Positions 8,129-17,009 of a DNA stretch of 39,182 nt are shown piece after piece. The notes beneath the pieces were generated by a model, which saw only the letters and a list, made by a program, of their open reading frames with translations, did not search any database and was not told the origin of the DNA. Both the position numbers and the translations under genes were made by a program. The DNA comes from a virus: the IMG/VR virus record IMGVR_UViG_3300021184_000001, positions 98,854 through 138,035 of that record. One strand, written 5' to 3'. Position 1 is the stretch's first letter. Every line of letters starts with the position of its first letter.

Positions 8129-8748
8129 CGGAGGAACAGAACAAGCGGAAACCGCTGTCCCTGATGTACTGGGAGCAGCAGCACCAGTTGGAGCCCGTGC
8201 TCGCGGTGCCGATGGAACAGCGGTGGATCGGCGAGGAGTACACCTGGGAGGCGCACCCCGATGAGGGGTTCGTGTTCTCGCACGACAAACCCGAGGAGAA
8301 CGACGGCGTCGAGACGGTCGTGTTCTCGCGCCTGTGGGTGGAGACCGGCACGGCCCAGTGGCCCGAGACCGGGACGACGAGCACGGTCGAGCGGCTGGTC
8401 ATCGAGGACTTGGAGGCCATGACGTTCCGGCCCGAGGAGCACGTCTACGCGCCGCGCCGTGAGCGCGTCCTGGCGGGGGTGCTGTTCGGGCGGCACGCGG
8501 TGCCGCGCCTGGGCGACATCGGCCGGTGGAAGCGGGCCGATGAGGTCCGCGAAGGGGACGTCATCGTGGCGTTCGAGAAGCGCAGCTTCACCGACGCGCC
8601 GCGCACGGTCCTGTCCACCAGGCGCGACTACACCAACCGGCACTGGGGGCCCCGGACCTGCATCACCTGGGCGGATGACCCGGTGCACAAGACCGACTCG
8701 TACCTGGGCGAACTCGAATGGGTCGCCGTCGCCGAACCGGGCGAGTAG
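8125..8748 (+). CDS. Hypothetical protein
   Basis: AAAGGAG RBS, ATGA overlap. Confidence 0.8.
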   Translation: MTEEQNKRKPLSLMYWEQQHQLEPVLAVPMEQRWIGEEYTWEAHPDEGFVFSHDKPEENDGVETVVFSRLWVETGTAQWPETGTTSTVERLVIEDLEAMTFRPEEHVYAPRRERVLAGVLFGRHAVPRLGDIGRWKRADEVREGDVIVAFEKRSFTDAPRTVLSTRRDYTNRHWGPRTCITWADDPVHKTDSYLGELEWVAVAEPGE

Positions 8749-8769
8749 CGCTCGCCGGTCCCTTCGCAT

Positions 8770-8796
8770 CGTGCCCCGGCCAGCGGCCGGGGCACG
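8770..8796 (+). terminator. 12-bp intergenic hairpin
   Basis: CGTGCCCCGGCC-AGC-GGCCGGGGCACG; no U-tract. Confidence 0.5.
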
Positions 8797-8865
8797 CGTG
8801 CCATTGGCCTGGCGTCCATGTCGGCCCTCTCCGATATCGTTTCGACAGAAAGGCGAATCATTATC

Positions 8866-9081
8866 ATGGCGTATCCCGAATGCGCTGGCTGCGGCGAGGA
8901 TCTTGCCGCCGTCGGCGGCGCAATGATCACCGTCGGCTCGCTGAAACCCGAGTACAAGAAGGAGTCCGAGACCGGATACGTGCAGGTGCACGTGTGCAAC
9001 AGCCGCGAGGTGTTCGTCAACCCCGAGTGCTTCGACGCTGCATGGCGCAAGTACTCGACCACCCAGACCCCCGAAAGGTAG
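8866..9081 (+). CDS. Small Cys-containing hypothetical protein
   Basis: GAAAGG RBS; CAGC...HVC...EC. Confidence 0.65.
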   Translation: MAYPECAGCGEDLAAVGGAMITVGSLKPEYKKESETGYVQVHVCNSREVFVNPECFDAAWRKYSTTQTPER

Positions 9082-9086
9082 GACGA

Positions 9087-9554
9087 ATGGAGCTCAAGCT
9101 GAAGCCCCTGCACCAGGACCAGCAGTGCGCCCTCTGCGGTGTGGCCCCGGCCGACCAGACCGACGAGGTGATGGGGGCCGTCGAACCGGCCCCCGGTTGG
9201 GCCGGTGAGCCGGTGCCCATCTGCGACGAGTGCGCCAACGGTGAAGCCTCGTGGCAGGATGCGGTCGCGATCGGCAAGGCGCGGTTCTGGGTGGGCCCCA
9301 GAATGCGACGCGCCTTCACCGAATCCGAATACGACTGGTGGAGCACCGACGACGCGGTCGCCATTCCGCGCGGGGAGAGCGACACGTGGTGGCACGGAGC
9401 CGAGTACGGTGTCGTGCTCGACTCCGGCCGCACCGAGACCGGCCGCGAGTGGGTGCGCGTGCACCTCAACGCGGGCGACGAGAACGAGCGTATCACCGAG
9501 TACGCTCCCGGCGACCTGATCGAGAAACCCAACCCGTACGAACAGGAGCACTAG
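9087..9554 (+). CDS. Hypothetical protein with N-terminal CxxC...CxxC
   Basis: CALC...ICDEC; RBS. Confidence 0.75.
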   Translation: MELKLKPLHQDQQCALCGVAPADQTDEVMGAVEPAPGWAGEPVPICDECANGEASWQDAVAIGKARFWVGPRMRRAFTESEYDWWSTDDAVAIPRGESDTWWHGAEYGVVLDSGRTETGREWVRVHLNAGDENERITEYAPGDLIEKPNPYEQEH

Positions 9555-10013
9555 ATGGACGACCTGGACAATTTTGACAATCTGGAAGCGCTGCGGATCA
9601 GCTTCCCGGTGAGCGCGTCGATCCTGCGCGCCGCGTCGGAGCAGGCCCGGCTCAAGATCAAGAAACACACCGGGATCTCCGGCGACACTGCGGTCTCCAA
9701 GGGCTGGGAGTGGGCCGGTCGCGTGTGCGAGAAAGCCGTCGAATCCTGGGAGCCGGGCGCGTGGGACGAATCAGAATGGGAGTGGGCGCGCGGGGTCCTC
9801 GGCGTCGCCGAGGACTGGATGCCGTTCACCGGCGACGGGTTCCTCATCGCCACTGAGATCTCCCTGTGGCAGCCTCACTACGACGTGGACGTTGAGGACG
9901 CCGCGAACCTGCACCGGGTGGTGTACGCGCACCTGGACGAAGCCGGTGCCCACCTGGCCCACGCCATCGGCCGGATGATGGCCGACGCGTGGAGACAGGA
10001 GTACGGCAAGTGA
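9555..10013 (+). CDS. Acidic helical protein, family C paralog 1 (possibly Ocr-like)
   Basis: AGGAG RBS; weak similarity to 11940, 14610 and 15805. Confidence 0.7.
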   Translation: MDDLDNFDNLEALRISFPVSASILRAASEQARLKIKKHTGISGDTAVSKGWEWAGRVCEKAVESWEPGAWDESEWEWARGVLGVAEDWMPFTGDGFLIATEISLWQPHYDVDVEDAANLHRVVYAHLDEAGAHLAHAIGRMMADAWRQEYGK

Positions 10014-10354
10014 GCATCCATGAGGGAGGAGCCCCGCCAGCGGGATGCTACACCGAGGCGCAGGTCAGCGACGCGATCGATGCCGCCTGCATGCAGGACG
10101 TGACCATGGTCGTCAACAACGACAAGCGCCTGCTGGGGTTCGCGCTGGACGCGGCCCGGCAAGCGCGGTGGGCAACCTACCCCAGCGAAATCGACCGGGC
10201 CCGCGCCGTCGGCGAGAAGGTGCTACGCACCTTCACGGGGATGCTCTCGCCCGGACAGTCCGACGACGCACTCGGGCGTCTGCTGGACCAGCTGCTGCGC
10301 CACGTCAACCGAGGCGACCTCGGGTACTACTACCTGCAAAAACTCGAAGAGTAA
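10010..10354 (+). CDS. Hypothetical protein paralogous to the C-terminal domain of 10659
   Basis: GTGA overlap; HVNRGDLGYYYL vs HVDPADLGRYYL. Confidence 0.75.
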   Translation: MSIHEGGAPPAGCYTEAQVSDAIDAACMQDVTMVVNNDKRLLGFALDAARQARWATYPSEIDRARAVGEKVLRTFTGMLSPGQSDDALGRLLDQLLRHVNRGDLGYYYLQKLEE

Positions 10355-10363
10355 GGACTGCTC

Positions 10364-10645
10364 ATGCCAAGTGCCGCACCGACGTTCCTCGAAGCCCACG
10401 CCGTCGCGCTGGCCGATATCGCGCAGCTCGCCGGGGTGGGGGTCGAGGACGTGTTCCTGTACTCCGAGCACCCCACCAAGACATCCGGGCGCTGGGTGTT
10501 CCAGTCGTGGATCGACGGCGTCCCCGGTGCCAAGACCGTGTGCCTGTCGCCGCTCCAGGCGACCGCGAACGTGGCGGTCGTGCTGGCGTGGTGCCGGGCG
10601 CACCCGGCCGAGGCCCGCGCCCTGACCGAGAACTACCGACCGTGA
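10364..10645 (+). CDS. Hypothetical protein
   Basis: AAGGA RBS. Confidence 0.7.
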   Translation: MPSAAPTFLEAHAVALADIAQLAGVGVEDVFLYSEHPTKTSGRWVFQSWIDGVPGAKTVCLSPLQATANVAVVLAWCRAHPAEARALTENYRP

Positions 10646-10658
10646 CAAGGAGGGCTCC

Positions 10659-11288
10659 ATGAGCCACGAAGATGAGCAGCATATCCCCGAGGGGTGGATC
10701 GAACTGTTCCACCGCACCACCGCCGAGACGGCCGCGTTCATCGGCCGCGTCCGCCGCTTCCAGTCGAAGGAGGGCGACAAGGACAGCGGCCCGGTCTACT
10801 TCTCCAACCGTGATCAGGGCGCATACGCCGCCGGGTACGGGGAGGGGTGTGTGCGCGTGATCATGCCGGTCGACAACGTCGAGCTCGATGACGAGTTCGA
10901 GACCGGTGAGCGGCACTACCGCGTCCCGGCCAACAAGATCCGGGGCGAGTGGATCACCGTCTGGTACCGCACCCCGGCCACGATGGGGGGCGTCTACCTC
11001 CAGGATCTGTGCGACCTGATCGACAACGAACGGCACCTGCGCGAACAGGTCATGGAGCTGGCGCTCCGCGCCCACAAAGCGACATGGCTCACCACGCACG
11101 AGCGCGCGGTCGAGCTGGGCAAGGAGATCGCCGAGCTGTTCATCAAGCCGGTGCCGCTGATCGCGAGCATGGACACGCCGATGGCTCCCGTCGCGAGCCT
11201 GGTCCGCCACTTCTTCGACCACGTCGACCCCGCCGACCTCGGCCGCTACTACCTGAAGGACGCGGCCGAGGAGGCGGCGTTCTCGTGA
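10659..11288 (+). CDS. Fusion: ADP-ribosyltransferase-like N-domain plus 10010-family C-domain
   Basis: LFHRT...VYFS...YG...DDEF pattern resembles the H-Y-E ART fold; C-domain aligns with 10010. Confidence 0.55.
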   Translation: MSHEDEQHIPEGWIELFHRTTAETAAFIGRVRRFQSKEGDKDSGPVYFSNRDQGAYAAGYGEGCVRVIMPVDNVELDDEFETGERHYRVPANKIRGEWITVWYRTPATMGGVYLQDLCDLIDNERHLREQVMELALRAHKATWLTTHERAVELGKEIAELFIKPVPLIASMDTPMAPVASLVRHFFDHVDPADLGRYYLKDAAEEAAFS

Positions 11289-11551
11289 GCCACTACACCG
11301 GATGGAACCGGCCGCTCATGGTCACGTTGACCGCGACCTCGAACCCGTACCTGGCCGACAAGCTCCCGCTGCGCGGTGAGCTGACGATCCTGGAGATGCG
11401 CACCGACGGCTACGCGATGCACCGCTCCGTCAGCTTCCTCCAGAAGGACGCGGACGGCAACCCGGTCGGCGCACGGGTCATGGTCGACGATGCCGAATTC
11501 ACCTACAGCCTGCCCCCCGACCGCAGCAAGGAGACGACCCATGGGACGTGA
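11285..11551 (+). CDS. Hypothetical protein
   Basis: GTGA overlap, GGAGG upstream. Confidence 0.65.
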   Translation: MSHYTGWNRPLMVTLTATSNPYLADKLPLRGELTILEMRTDGYAMHRSVSFLQKDADGNPVGARVMVDDAEFTYSLPPDRSKETTHGT

Positions 11552-11936
11552 GATCAAGCGCGTCGACCTCGACTTCGATCACCCCATCAACACGGTGTGG
11601 CCCGGATACCTGTCACCCCCAGGGCTCGTCACCGAAGAGGACTACGACTGGTGGCACGAGCACGGCAAGACCGAGCCCACCCCCGGCGACGGCTACCAGC
11701 TGTGGGAGACCGTCTCGGAAGGCTCACCGATCAGCCCGGTCTTCGCCACCGCCGACGAACTCGCCGAATGGATGGCCTCCCCGGCCTACACGTGGCACGG
11801 TTCGGGCCTGTCAAAGGAGACGTACCTGAACTTCATCGCCGAGGGCTGGGCGCCCTCCTTCGTGGCCACGCCCAGCACCGGGCTCGTCTCCGGTGTCGAG
11901 TGGGTCGGTACCAGCAGCGACGACGAAACGGAGTAA
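11541..11936 (+). CDS. Conserved phage-type hypothetical protein (GYQLWETVSEGSPISPVF)
   Basis: AAGGAG RBS; motif recalled from phage hypothetical proteins. Confidence 0.8.
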   Translation: MGREIKRVDLDFDHPINTVWPGYLSPPGLVTEEDYDWWHEHGKTEPTPGDGYQLWETVSEGSPISPVFATADELAEWMASPAYTWHGSGLSKETYLNFIAEGWAPSFVATPSTGLVSGVEWVGTSSDDETE

Positions 11937-11939
11937 CGC

Positions 11940-12461
11940 ATGACCACCCCATTCGATAACACCACGGCCATCGCCCACATCACCTCGCACGGGTTCTGGC
12001 CGGAGGGAGAGAACCACGAAGGCGAACGGTCCTGGTGGCTCTGGCTGCTCCAGCACCTCACGGAGGCGATCAACAACTACCACGAGTGGGACACCGACGA
12101 GTTCTGGCAGGACCGCATGAACACCCTGGTCGACAACTCGATCCGCCAGTGCCTGTTGCAGGCGCGATCGATGAAGAAGGTGCTGTCGCTGTGCGAGGCC
12201 TCGCACCTGCCCGAGGTCATGACCGACCCGTTCAACGACGAGATCTACATGCGCCTCACCAGCGCGTTCGAGAACCCCCCGCCGCTGCGCGACGACCGCG
12301 CCATGAAGGAGTACAAGCAGCGATGCGCGCAGATGCTCAAGCTCGACTACGTGGCCGAGGCCTACCTCAGCGGCGCGGCCAGGATGGTGGCCATCAACTG
12401 GGGCACCGAAGCCCTGACGGCGTGGTTTGAAGCCCACGCCGTACCCGGACCGCAGGCGTAG
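11940..12461 (+). CDS. Helical protein, family C paralog 2
   Basis: GGAG RBS; weak similarity to 9555, 14610 and 15805. Confidence 0.7.
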   Translation: MTTPFDNTTAIAHITSHGFWPEGENHEGERSWWLWLLQHLTEAINNYHEWDTDEFWQDRMNTLVDNSIRQCLLQARSMKKVLSLCEASHLPEVMTDPFNDEIYMRLTSAFENPPPLRDDRAMKEYKQRCAQMLKLDYVAEAYLSGAARMVAINWGTEALTAWFEAHAVPGPQA

Positions 12462-12472
12462 CGGTCCCGGTG

Positions 12473-12500
12473 GCGCACCCCGTCCCGGCTCGGGGTGCGC
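12473..12500 (+). repeat. Intergenic hairpin (family D-like)
   Basis: GCGCACCCCG/CGGGGTGCGC; right arm GCTCGGGG shared with 17010 and 17355. Confidence 0.55.
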
Positions 12501-12530
12501 TCGCCGAATCCGCTACGACAAGGAGAGCAA

Positions 12531-13052
12531 GTGTTCACCGAAAGCGAACTGCACCACGCGGTGCGGCAGATCCAACCTGAGTTCTTCGGGGCTGCCGATG
12601 GACGGTACGGCCGGTTCATCACCGATATCTGGCAGCTCCCGGCCGAGCGGGTCCTGTTCTCCTGCGCCGAGCGGTCTGCCCCCGTGGCCGACCCGGCAGT
12701 CAGCGTTCAGGGCCTGTACGTGCTCGACCAGGTTGCCGAATGCGTCAAGCCGGTCTCTACCGTGACCGCCCTCAGCCACGAGGCCACCGTGGTCACCGCC
12801 ATCATCTGGATGCAGGGTCTGTGCGCCGAGGACTTGAGCGGCTACGACCAGGGCACGCTCGACTGGCTCGGGGAGATGGCGTTCCGGATGAGTCCCGAGC
12901 ACCTGACTGTGTTCCAGGAGCAGTATCTCGCGATTCCCTTCGACGCGTGGGGCAGCTACGACAACCCCGACCCCATCCCCGGGGAAGCTCTCGCCGATTT
13001 CCTTTCCGAACTGGGCTACAGCGACGAGTACCTCGCCCTTCACCTGACCTGA
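12531..13052 (+). CDS. Hypothetical acidic protein
   Basis: AAGGAG RBS before GTG 12531. Confidence 0.75.
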   Translation: MFTESELHHAVRQIQPEFFGAADGRYGRFITDIWQLPAERVLFSCAERSAPVADPAVSVQGLYVLDQVAECVKPVSTVTALSHEATVVTAIIWMQGLCAEDLSGYDQGTLDWLGEMAFRMSPEHLTVFQEQYLAIPFDAWGSYDNPDPIPGEALADFLSELGYSDEYLALHLT

Positions 13053-13064
13053 GGAGGACCCACG

Positions 13065-13439
13065 GTGGCCGACGATCCCGACAACGGCGAAGCCAACGAG
13101 GTGTACCTGGTGGACCTGCTCGACGAGCACGGCCAGATGCGCGTCAACCAGCGCAAGTGCGGGACCTGCATCTACTTCAAGGAAAACCGCATGTTCCTCG
13201 ACGAGGGACGGCGCGAGCAGATGGAGGCCGACGCCATCGCCGACAACACCTTCATCCCGTGCCACCAGACCATCCCGGCCAGCCAGTACGACGCGCCTCC
13301 GGCGATCTGCCACGGTTTCTGGTACCAAGGCCAGGGCCGGTACCGGTCGTGGCCGCTGCGGTTCGCCGACCAGCTCGGTGCCGTGGTCGAAGTCGATCCA
13401 CCCTCCATCACCTGGAATCCTACGGAAGGACCGTCATGA
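13065..13439 (+). CDS. Cys-rich hypothetical protein (CxxC...CH...C)
   Basis: GAGGAGG RBS; CGTCIY, PCHQT, AICHGF. Confidence 0.8.
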   Translation: MADDPDNGEANEVYLVDLLDEHGQMRVNQRKCGTCIYFKENRMFLDEGRREQMEADAIADNTFIPCHQTIPASQYDAPPAICHGFWYQGQGRYRSWPLRFADQLGAVVEVDPPSITWNPTEGPS

Positions 13440-13855
13440 CGGCACTCAGCGACTGGCCTGCGGGGGCGATTCCCCCGCAGGCCTTGTACGACCCGATCGC
13501 CGGATCGGGTGTCTTCGACGCCGACTGGTGCACGTGGTTCGCGTGGGACGCTGAGCGCGGTGTCAGTGAGGTCGCGGTCGACCCGGCGTGGCGGATGATG
13601 CTGTCCCTGTTCAACCCGAATACGGGGAACCATGTGGGCACGCAGGTCATCACTGCCTACCGGGTGTGGACCGCGCTCCTGGCGTGCGGCACCGGGCACG
13701 TCCCCGGGGTGCACGCCCACACCTGCGCAGCGGCGCGGCAGTTGACGCAGCTGAACAACCCGGATGTGTGGAAGTCCGCCGGGAGCATCGATTCGGTGAC
13801 GGCCGACCAGATCTTGCAGGTCATCGTGTACAGCAGAGTCCGATTCGGACTGTAA
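13436..13855 (+). CDS. Hypothetical protein, paralog of 13870 and of the 4724 C-domain
   Basis: VWTALLACGTG...IDSVTADQILQVIVYSRVRFG. Confidence 0.75.
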   Translation: MTALSDWPAGAIPPQALYDPIAGSGVFDADWCTWFAWDAERGVSEVAVDPAWRMMLSLFNPNTGNHVGTQVITAYRVWTALLACGTGHVPGVHAHTCAAARQLTQLNNPDVWKSAGSIDSVTADQILQVIVYSRVRFGL

Positions 13856-13869
13856 CCAGAGGAGACATC

Positions 13870-14247
13870 ATGCCCCAGAAGAACTACGGCAGCGCGACCG
13901 CGCAGGACTTGTACCGCCTGTTCATCCGCCGCGACGTGCTCGACCTCTACCCGCACTGGGAGCTGGTCGACGACGACGACAGCCAGGACCCGGTCCCTGA
14001 CGACTGGTACGTGGTCGTCGATATCGGCGACCGCGAGAACGGTTTCGCGCGCAGGCGCCTGAACGCCGCCCTCCTGTGGGCCGCGATCCTGGCCTGCGGC
14101 TCGAACAAGATCGAACCGATGCGCCTGCGCGTCGTCCAGAAGTGCAACCAGATCATCTACCAGATCGACCTCGACCAGATCCACTTCAGCGCCGCCGACG
14201 CCGACACCGTCATGCAGGTGGCCCTCCTGGGGCAGCCCGTCTACTAA
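13870..14247 (+). CDS. Hypothetical protein, paralog of 13436
   Basis: LWAAILACGSN...FSAADADTVMQVALLGQPVY. Confidence 0.8.
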   Translation: MPQKNYGSATAQDLYRLFIRRDVLDLYPHWELVDDDDSQDPVPDDWYVVVDIGDRENGFARRRLNAALLWAAILACGSNKIEPMRLRVVQKCNQIIYQIDLDQIHFSAADADTVMQVALLGQPVY

Positions 14248-14263
14248 CGAGAGAGAGAACCTG

Positions 14264-14596
14264 ATGGCATACGAAGTCACCTTCCGCACCGTCAAACTCG
14301 ACGGCGACGTCATGACCGTGGACGGCGTGGCGCTGCGATCGGTGTCGGTTGTGGTCGACATCGACGCGGACGCGCTCCAAGCACGCGTCAACGCGCACGC
14401 CGACATCACCGAATTCATCACCGAGCAGCGCCGCTTCGCGGCCGAGACCGCGTACCGGGCGCTGCGCCGCGTGGCCACGTCGCCGATGCGCGCCCACGTC
14501 GAGGGCAGCAAAGGCTGGCACTCGTTCATCTGCGAATGGAACGGCGTCGACATCAAGGTAACGGTCGACAAGTCTCGGCCCCCCGTGTACGGATAA
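14264..14596 (+). CDS. Hypothetical protein
   Basis: GC3 bias, fills gap between neighbours. Confidence 0.7.
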   Translation: MAYEVTFRTVKLDGDVMTVDGVALRSVSVVVDIDADALQARVNAHADITEFITEQRRFAAETAYRALRRVATSPMRAHVEGSKGWHSFICEWNGVDIKVTVDKSRPPVYG

Positions 14597-14609
14597 GGAG
14601 CACATCACC

Positions 14610-15170
14610 ATGCTGATCACTGACGAACAAATCCGCGCCGCCTGCAAGGCGTACGACCTCGACCCGGTCGGTCGCGTACCCGTCGCGGGGTACGAAACCG
14701 ACCTCGATCCCGACAACGAGGACGACTGGGAGAACGACGCCTGCTTCACGCTGGCGCATGCCATCGTCTCAGGGGAGAACTACCCTGATGCCGGGCCGCT
14801 CGGGTTCGCCGCCGGTCATCTCTCGCCGGGCTGGAAGTACCTGCGGGACCTGTGCGACCGGGTCGCCGAGAACGACATCGGAACCGAATGGTTCAACGCG
14901 ATGTCCTACGACCAGACGCGCGAGCACCTGCAGGATGAGGCCGATCGCTTCGTTGCGATGATGGAGGCCCCGGGCCACGTGCTGGTGTGCGTCGCCGACC
15001 TCGGTGTAAATGAGGGCACCGAGGACGCCAAAGCGCACCTCGGGAACACCGACAGCGGGGGCCCGCGCCGCGCGCTCCTGGACCTCGCGGAACAGCTGCT
15101 CGGCTACGCCGGGTACCTCGTGCTCCGCGAGGTGTTCGCCCCCCAGATCGACAGCAAACTGAAGGACTAG
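14610..15170 (+). CDS. Acidic helical protein, family C paralog 3 (possibly Ocr-like)
   Basis: AAGGAG RBS; SPGWKYLRDLCDRVAE...LQDEADRFV...LLDLAEQLL. Confidence 0.75.
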   Translation: MLITDEQIRAACKAYDLDPVGRVPVAGYETDLDPDNEDDWENDACFTLAHAIVSGENYPDAGPLGFAAGHLSPGWKYLRDLCDRVAENDIGTEWFNAMSYDQTREHLQDEADRFVAMMEAPGHVLVCVADLGVNEGTEDAKAHLGNTDSGGPRRALLDLAEQLLGYAGYLVLREVFAPQIDSKLKD

Positions 15171-15172
15171 CG

Positions 15173-15808
15173 ATGCCCCGCTTCTACGACACGATCGGCG
15201 ACGGCTCCCGAGGCTTCGTCGCTAACGGCCCCCTCACGGTCGGTCCTGAATGGTCGACCACCACCAGCACGAGAGTCACCCTCAACGGCACCGACATCGA
15301 CATGACCGACGCCCCCGAGGGCGAACAGCGCGAACATGAGGGGTGGATCGTCGTGCGCACCGCGAGCGGCCTCAAGGTCAAGGACGAGCAGGGCACGAGG
15401 CCGCGCCGCCGCACGGGCGTGACATCCGACCGGGTCTCCAGAGCGCCGAAGGCGCGCCCCGAGGAGAACTGGTACTCCGTCGACCTCCGCTCGCACGCCG
15501 CTCCCGTCACCGGCACCATGGGGTTCACGATCGGCGTGCTGCCGGTGCGGGGGGTCCAGTTCGAGGTCGTCCTCGCCGAGGCCGACATCCCCCGCCGCGA
15601 CAGCGAAGCCGAGCAGATCGCCGCGCAGCGGTACGAGGCGGCCATGTACGCGGTCGGGAACATCGCCGCGCAGACCGACTGGCCTGCGGGCAAGTACCTG
15701 GTCGCGGTCCGCAACCGGTCGACGCAGACCATGTTCGTCGCCGACATCGACGAGCACCGATCGTTCACGCTCCTCCCGCGCAACCTGGAAGAAAGGCAAG
15801 ACACATGA
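15173..15808 (+). CDS. Hypothetical protein
   Basis: GAAGGA RBS, GC3 bias. Confidence 0.75.
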   Translation: MPRFYDTIGDGSRGFVANGPLTVGPEWSTTTSTRVTLNGTDIDMTDAPEGEQREHEGWIVVRTASGLKVKDEQGTRPRRRTGVTSDRVSRAPKARPEENWYSVDLRSHAAPVTGTMGFTIGVLPVRGVQFEVVLAEADIPRRDSEAEQIAAQRYEAAMYAVGNIAAQTDWPAGKYLVAVRNRSTQTMFVADIDEHRSFTLLPRNLEERQDT

Positions 15809-16230
15809 TCAAGACCGCAGCCCTCAAGCGAGCGATGCGCGACGCGAACGTGAAGTGGCGCGGCATGTGGGGCGAGTACGAGGACGTGCTGCAGTTCTTC
15901 AGCGAGGTCGTCGACGCCATCAGCTACGGACACGAGCAGGAGGAGCAGACGTGGCAGGAGGACCCCGACGTTTCCTACGCCGCGTGGGAGTGGGAGCAGA
16001 TCCGCTCCGAGGTCGAGCGGCTGCACCCTCCGAAGGTGTTCGTGGTCGTCGGCCTCGCCGAGATCTGGAACTACAAGCTGCCCTTCGGGTACAGCAGCCT
16101 CGGCGAAGAGCCGGTACCCGACGGTGACCTGCTGGAGCTGGCGCGCCTGCGGCTGACGTGCGCGGCTGCGCAGGTCGCGGCCAAGCTGTTCACCTCGTCC
16201 GGGCTCAAGGACGTGGGAGACCGATGGTGA
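15805..16230 (+). CDS. Acidic helical protein, family C paralog 4
   Basis: GAAAGG RBS, ATGA overlap; DLLELARLRLTCAAAQVA. Confidence 0.75.
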   Translation: MIKTAALKRAMRDANVKWRGMWGEYEDVLQFFSEVVDAISYGHEQEEQTWQEDPDVSYAAWEWEQIRSEVERLHPPKVFVVVGLAEIWNYKLPFGYSSLGEEPVPDGDLLELARLRLTCAAAQVAAKLFTSSGLKDVGDRW

Positions 16231-16235
16231 CCGAC
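16211..16235 (+). repeat. 25-bp direct repeat, copy 1
   Basis: ACGTGGGAGACCGATGGTGACCGAC; 23/25 identical to 16678-16702. Confidence 0.85.
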
Positions 16236-16697
16236 GACCAAGAGTTCGAGACGTTCACGCTGAATCTTGGTGACCCGAAACTGCGGGACCTCATTGTGGC
16301 CCAGCCCAACATGGTCGCCGTCATGGAGCTGCAGCGGTGCCTGTTCCAGTCGGTCGACCACCTCGGTCCCGGAACCGAAGCGTTCCAGGCCTACATCCGG
16401 GAGACTGTCGGCGGTCCCTACTCCACGCGCAAGTTCCGCGACTCGGGCCTGTCCTACTACTTCAACAATGACCTGCAGTTCATCGACGACCAGGCGCAAT
16501 TCAACCCGGCTGCGACAACGCTGCTGGCCGACGAGTCGAAGCAGTCGCTGGCCGAGGCGGTGCGGGTCTACGGCACCGTATTGATCACCGGGTTCGACTT
16601 TGACACGTGGATGCCCCGTCCCCTCCCTCACGGCGCGCTGGTGGCGGCGTTCGACCGGATGGTGCAGAACAAGCAGAACGCGGGGGACCGATGGTGA
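16224..16697 (+). CDS. Hypothetical protein bracketed by direct repeats
   Basis: Starts in repeat copy 1 and stops in repeat copy 2. Confidence 0.75.
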   Translation: MVTDDQEFETFTLNLGDPKLRDLIVAQPNMVAVMELQRCLFQSVDHLGPGTEAFQAYIRETVGGPYSTRKFRDSGLSYYFNNDLQFIDDQAQFNPAATTLLADESKQSLAEAVRVYGTVLITGFDFDTWMPRPLPHGALVAAFDRMVQNKQNAGDRW

Positions 16698-16702
16698 CCG
16701 AC
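16678..16702 (+). repeat. 25-bp direct repeat, copy 2
   Basis: ACGCGGGGGACCGATGGTGACCGAC. Confidence 0.85.
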
Positions 16703-16753
16703 CGCAGCGATCTGATGCAGCGCGGCTGGGCAACGAGACGGCAGGGGCGGTAA
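16691..16753 (+). CDS. 20-aa micro-ORF (MVTDRSDLMQRGWATRRQGR), possible coupling peptide or remnant
   Basis: Starts in repeat copy 2; its TAA overlaps the next ATG (TAATG). Confidence 0.35.
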   Translation: MVTDRSDLMQRGWATRRQGR

Positions 16754-16995
16754 TGGCGAAACGCAAGGTGTCCCGAAGCAAGCAGCAGCTGGCGCTGGAG
16801 GGCTTCGAGGTCGGCGGCGTCCCCGGACCATTCGGGAGGATGGACCTCCTGTTGACGATGCACGGGCGCGACCGCAACGGCAATCCTGTGCCGATTGAAT
16901 TCGCGGTGTTCGATCGCAACGTCGATCAGCTGCTGGCCACGCTGCAGGAGGGCGTCGCCCTGTACAAGACGATGCAAGCGCTAGACGACACCTAG
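16753..16995 (+). CDS. Hypothetical protein
   Basis: AGGGG RBS, ATG at 16753. Confidence 0.6.
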   Translation: MAKRKVSRSKQQLALEGFEVGGVPGPFGRMDLLLTMHGRDRNGNPVPIEFAVFDRNVDQLLATLQEGVALYKTMQALDDT

Positions 16996-17009
16996 CGCAC
17001 CGAGTGTTG

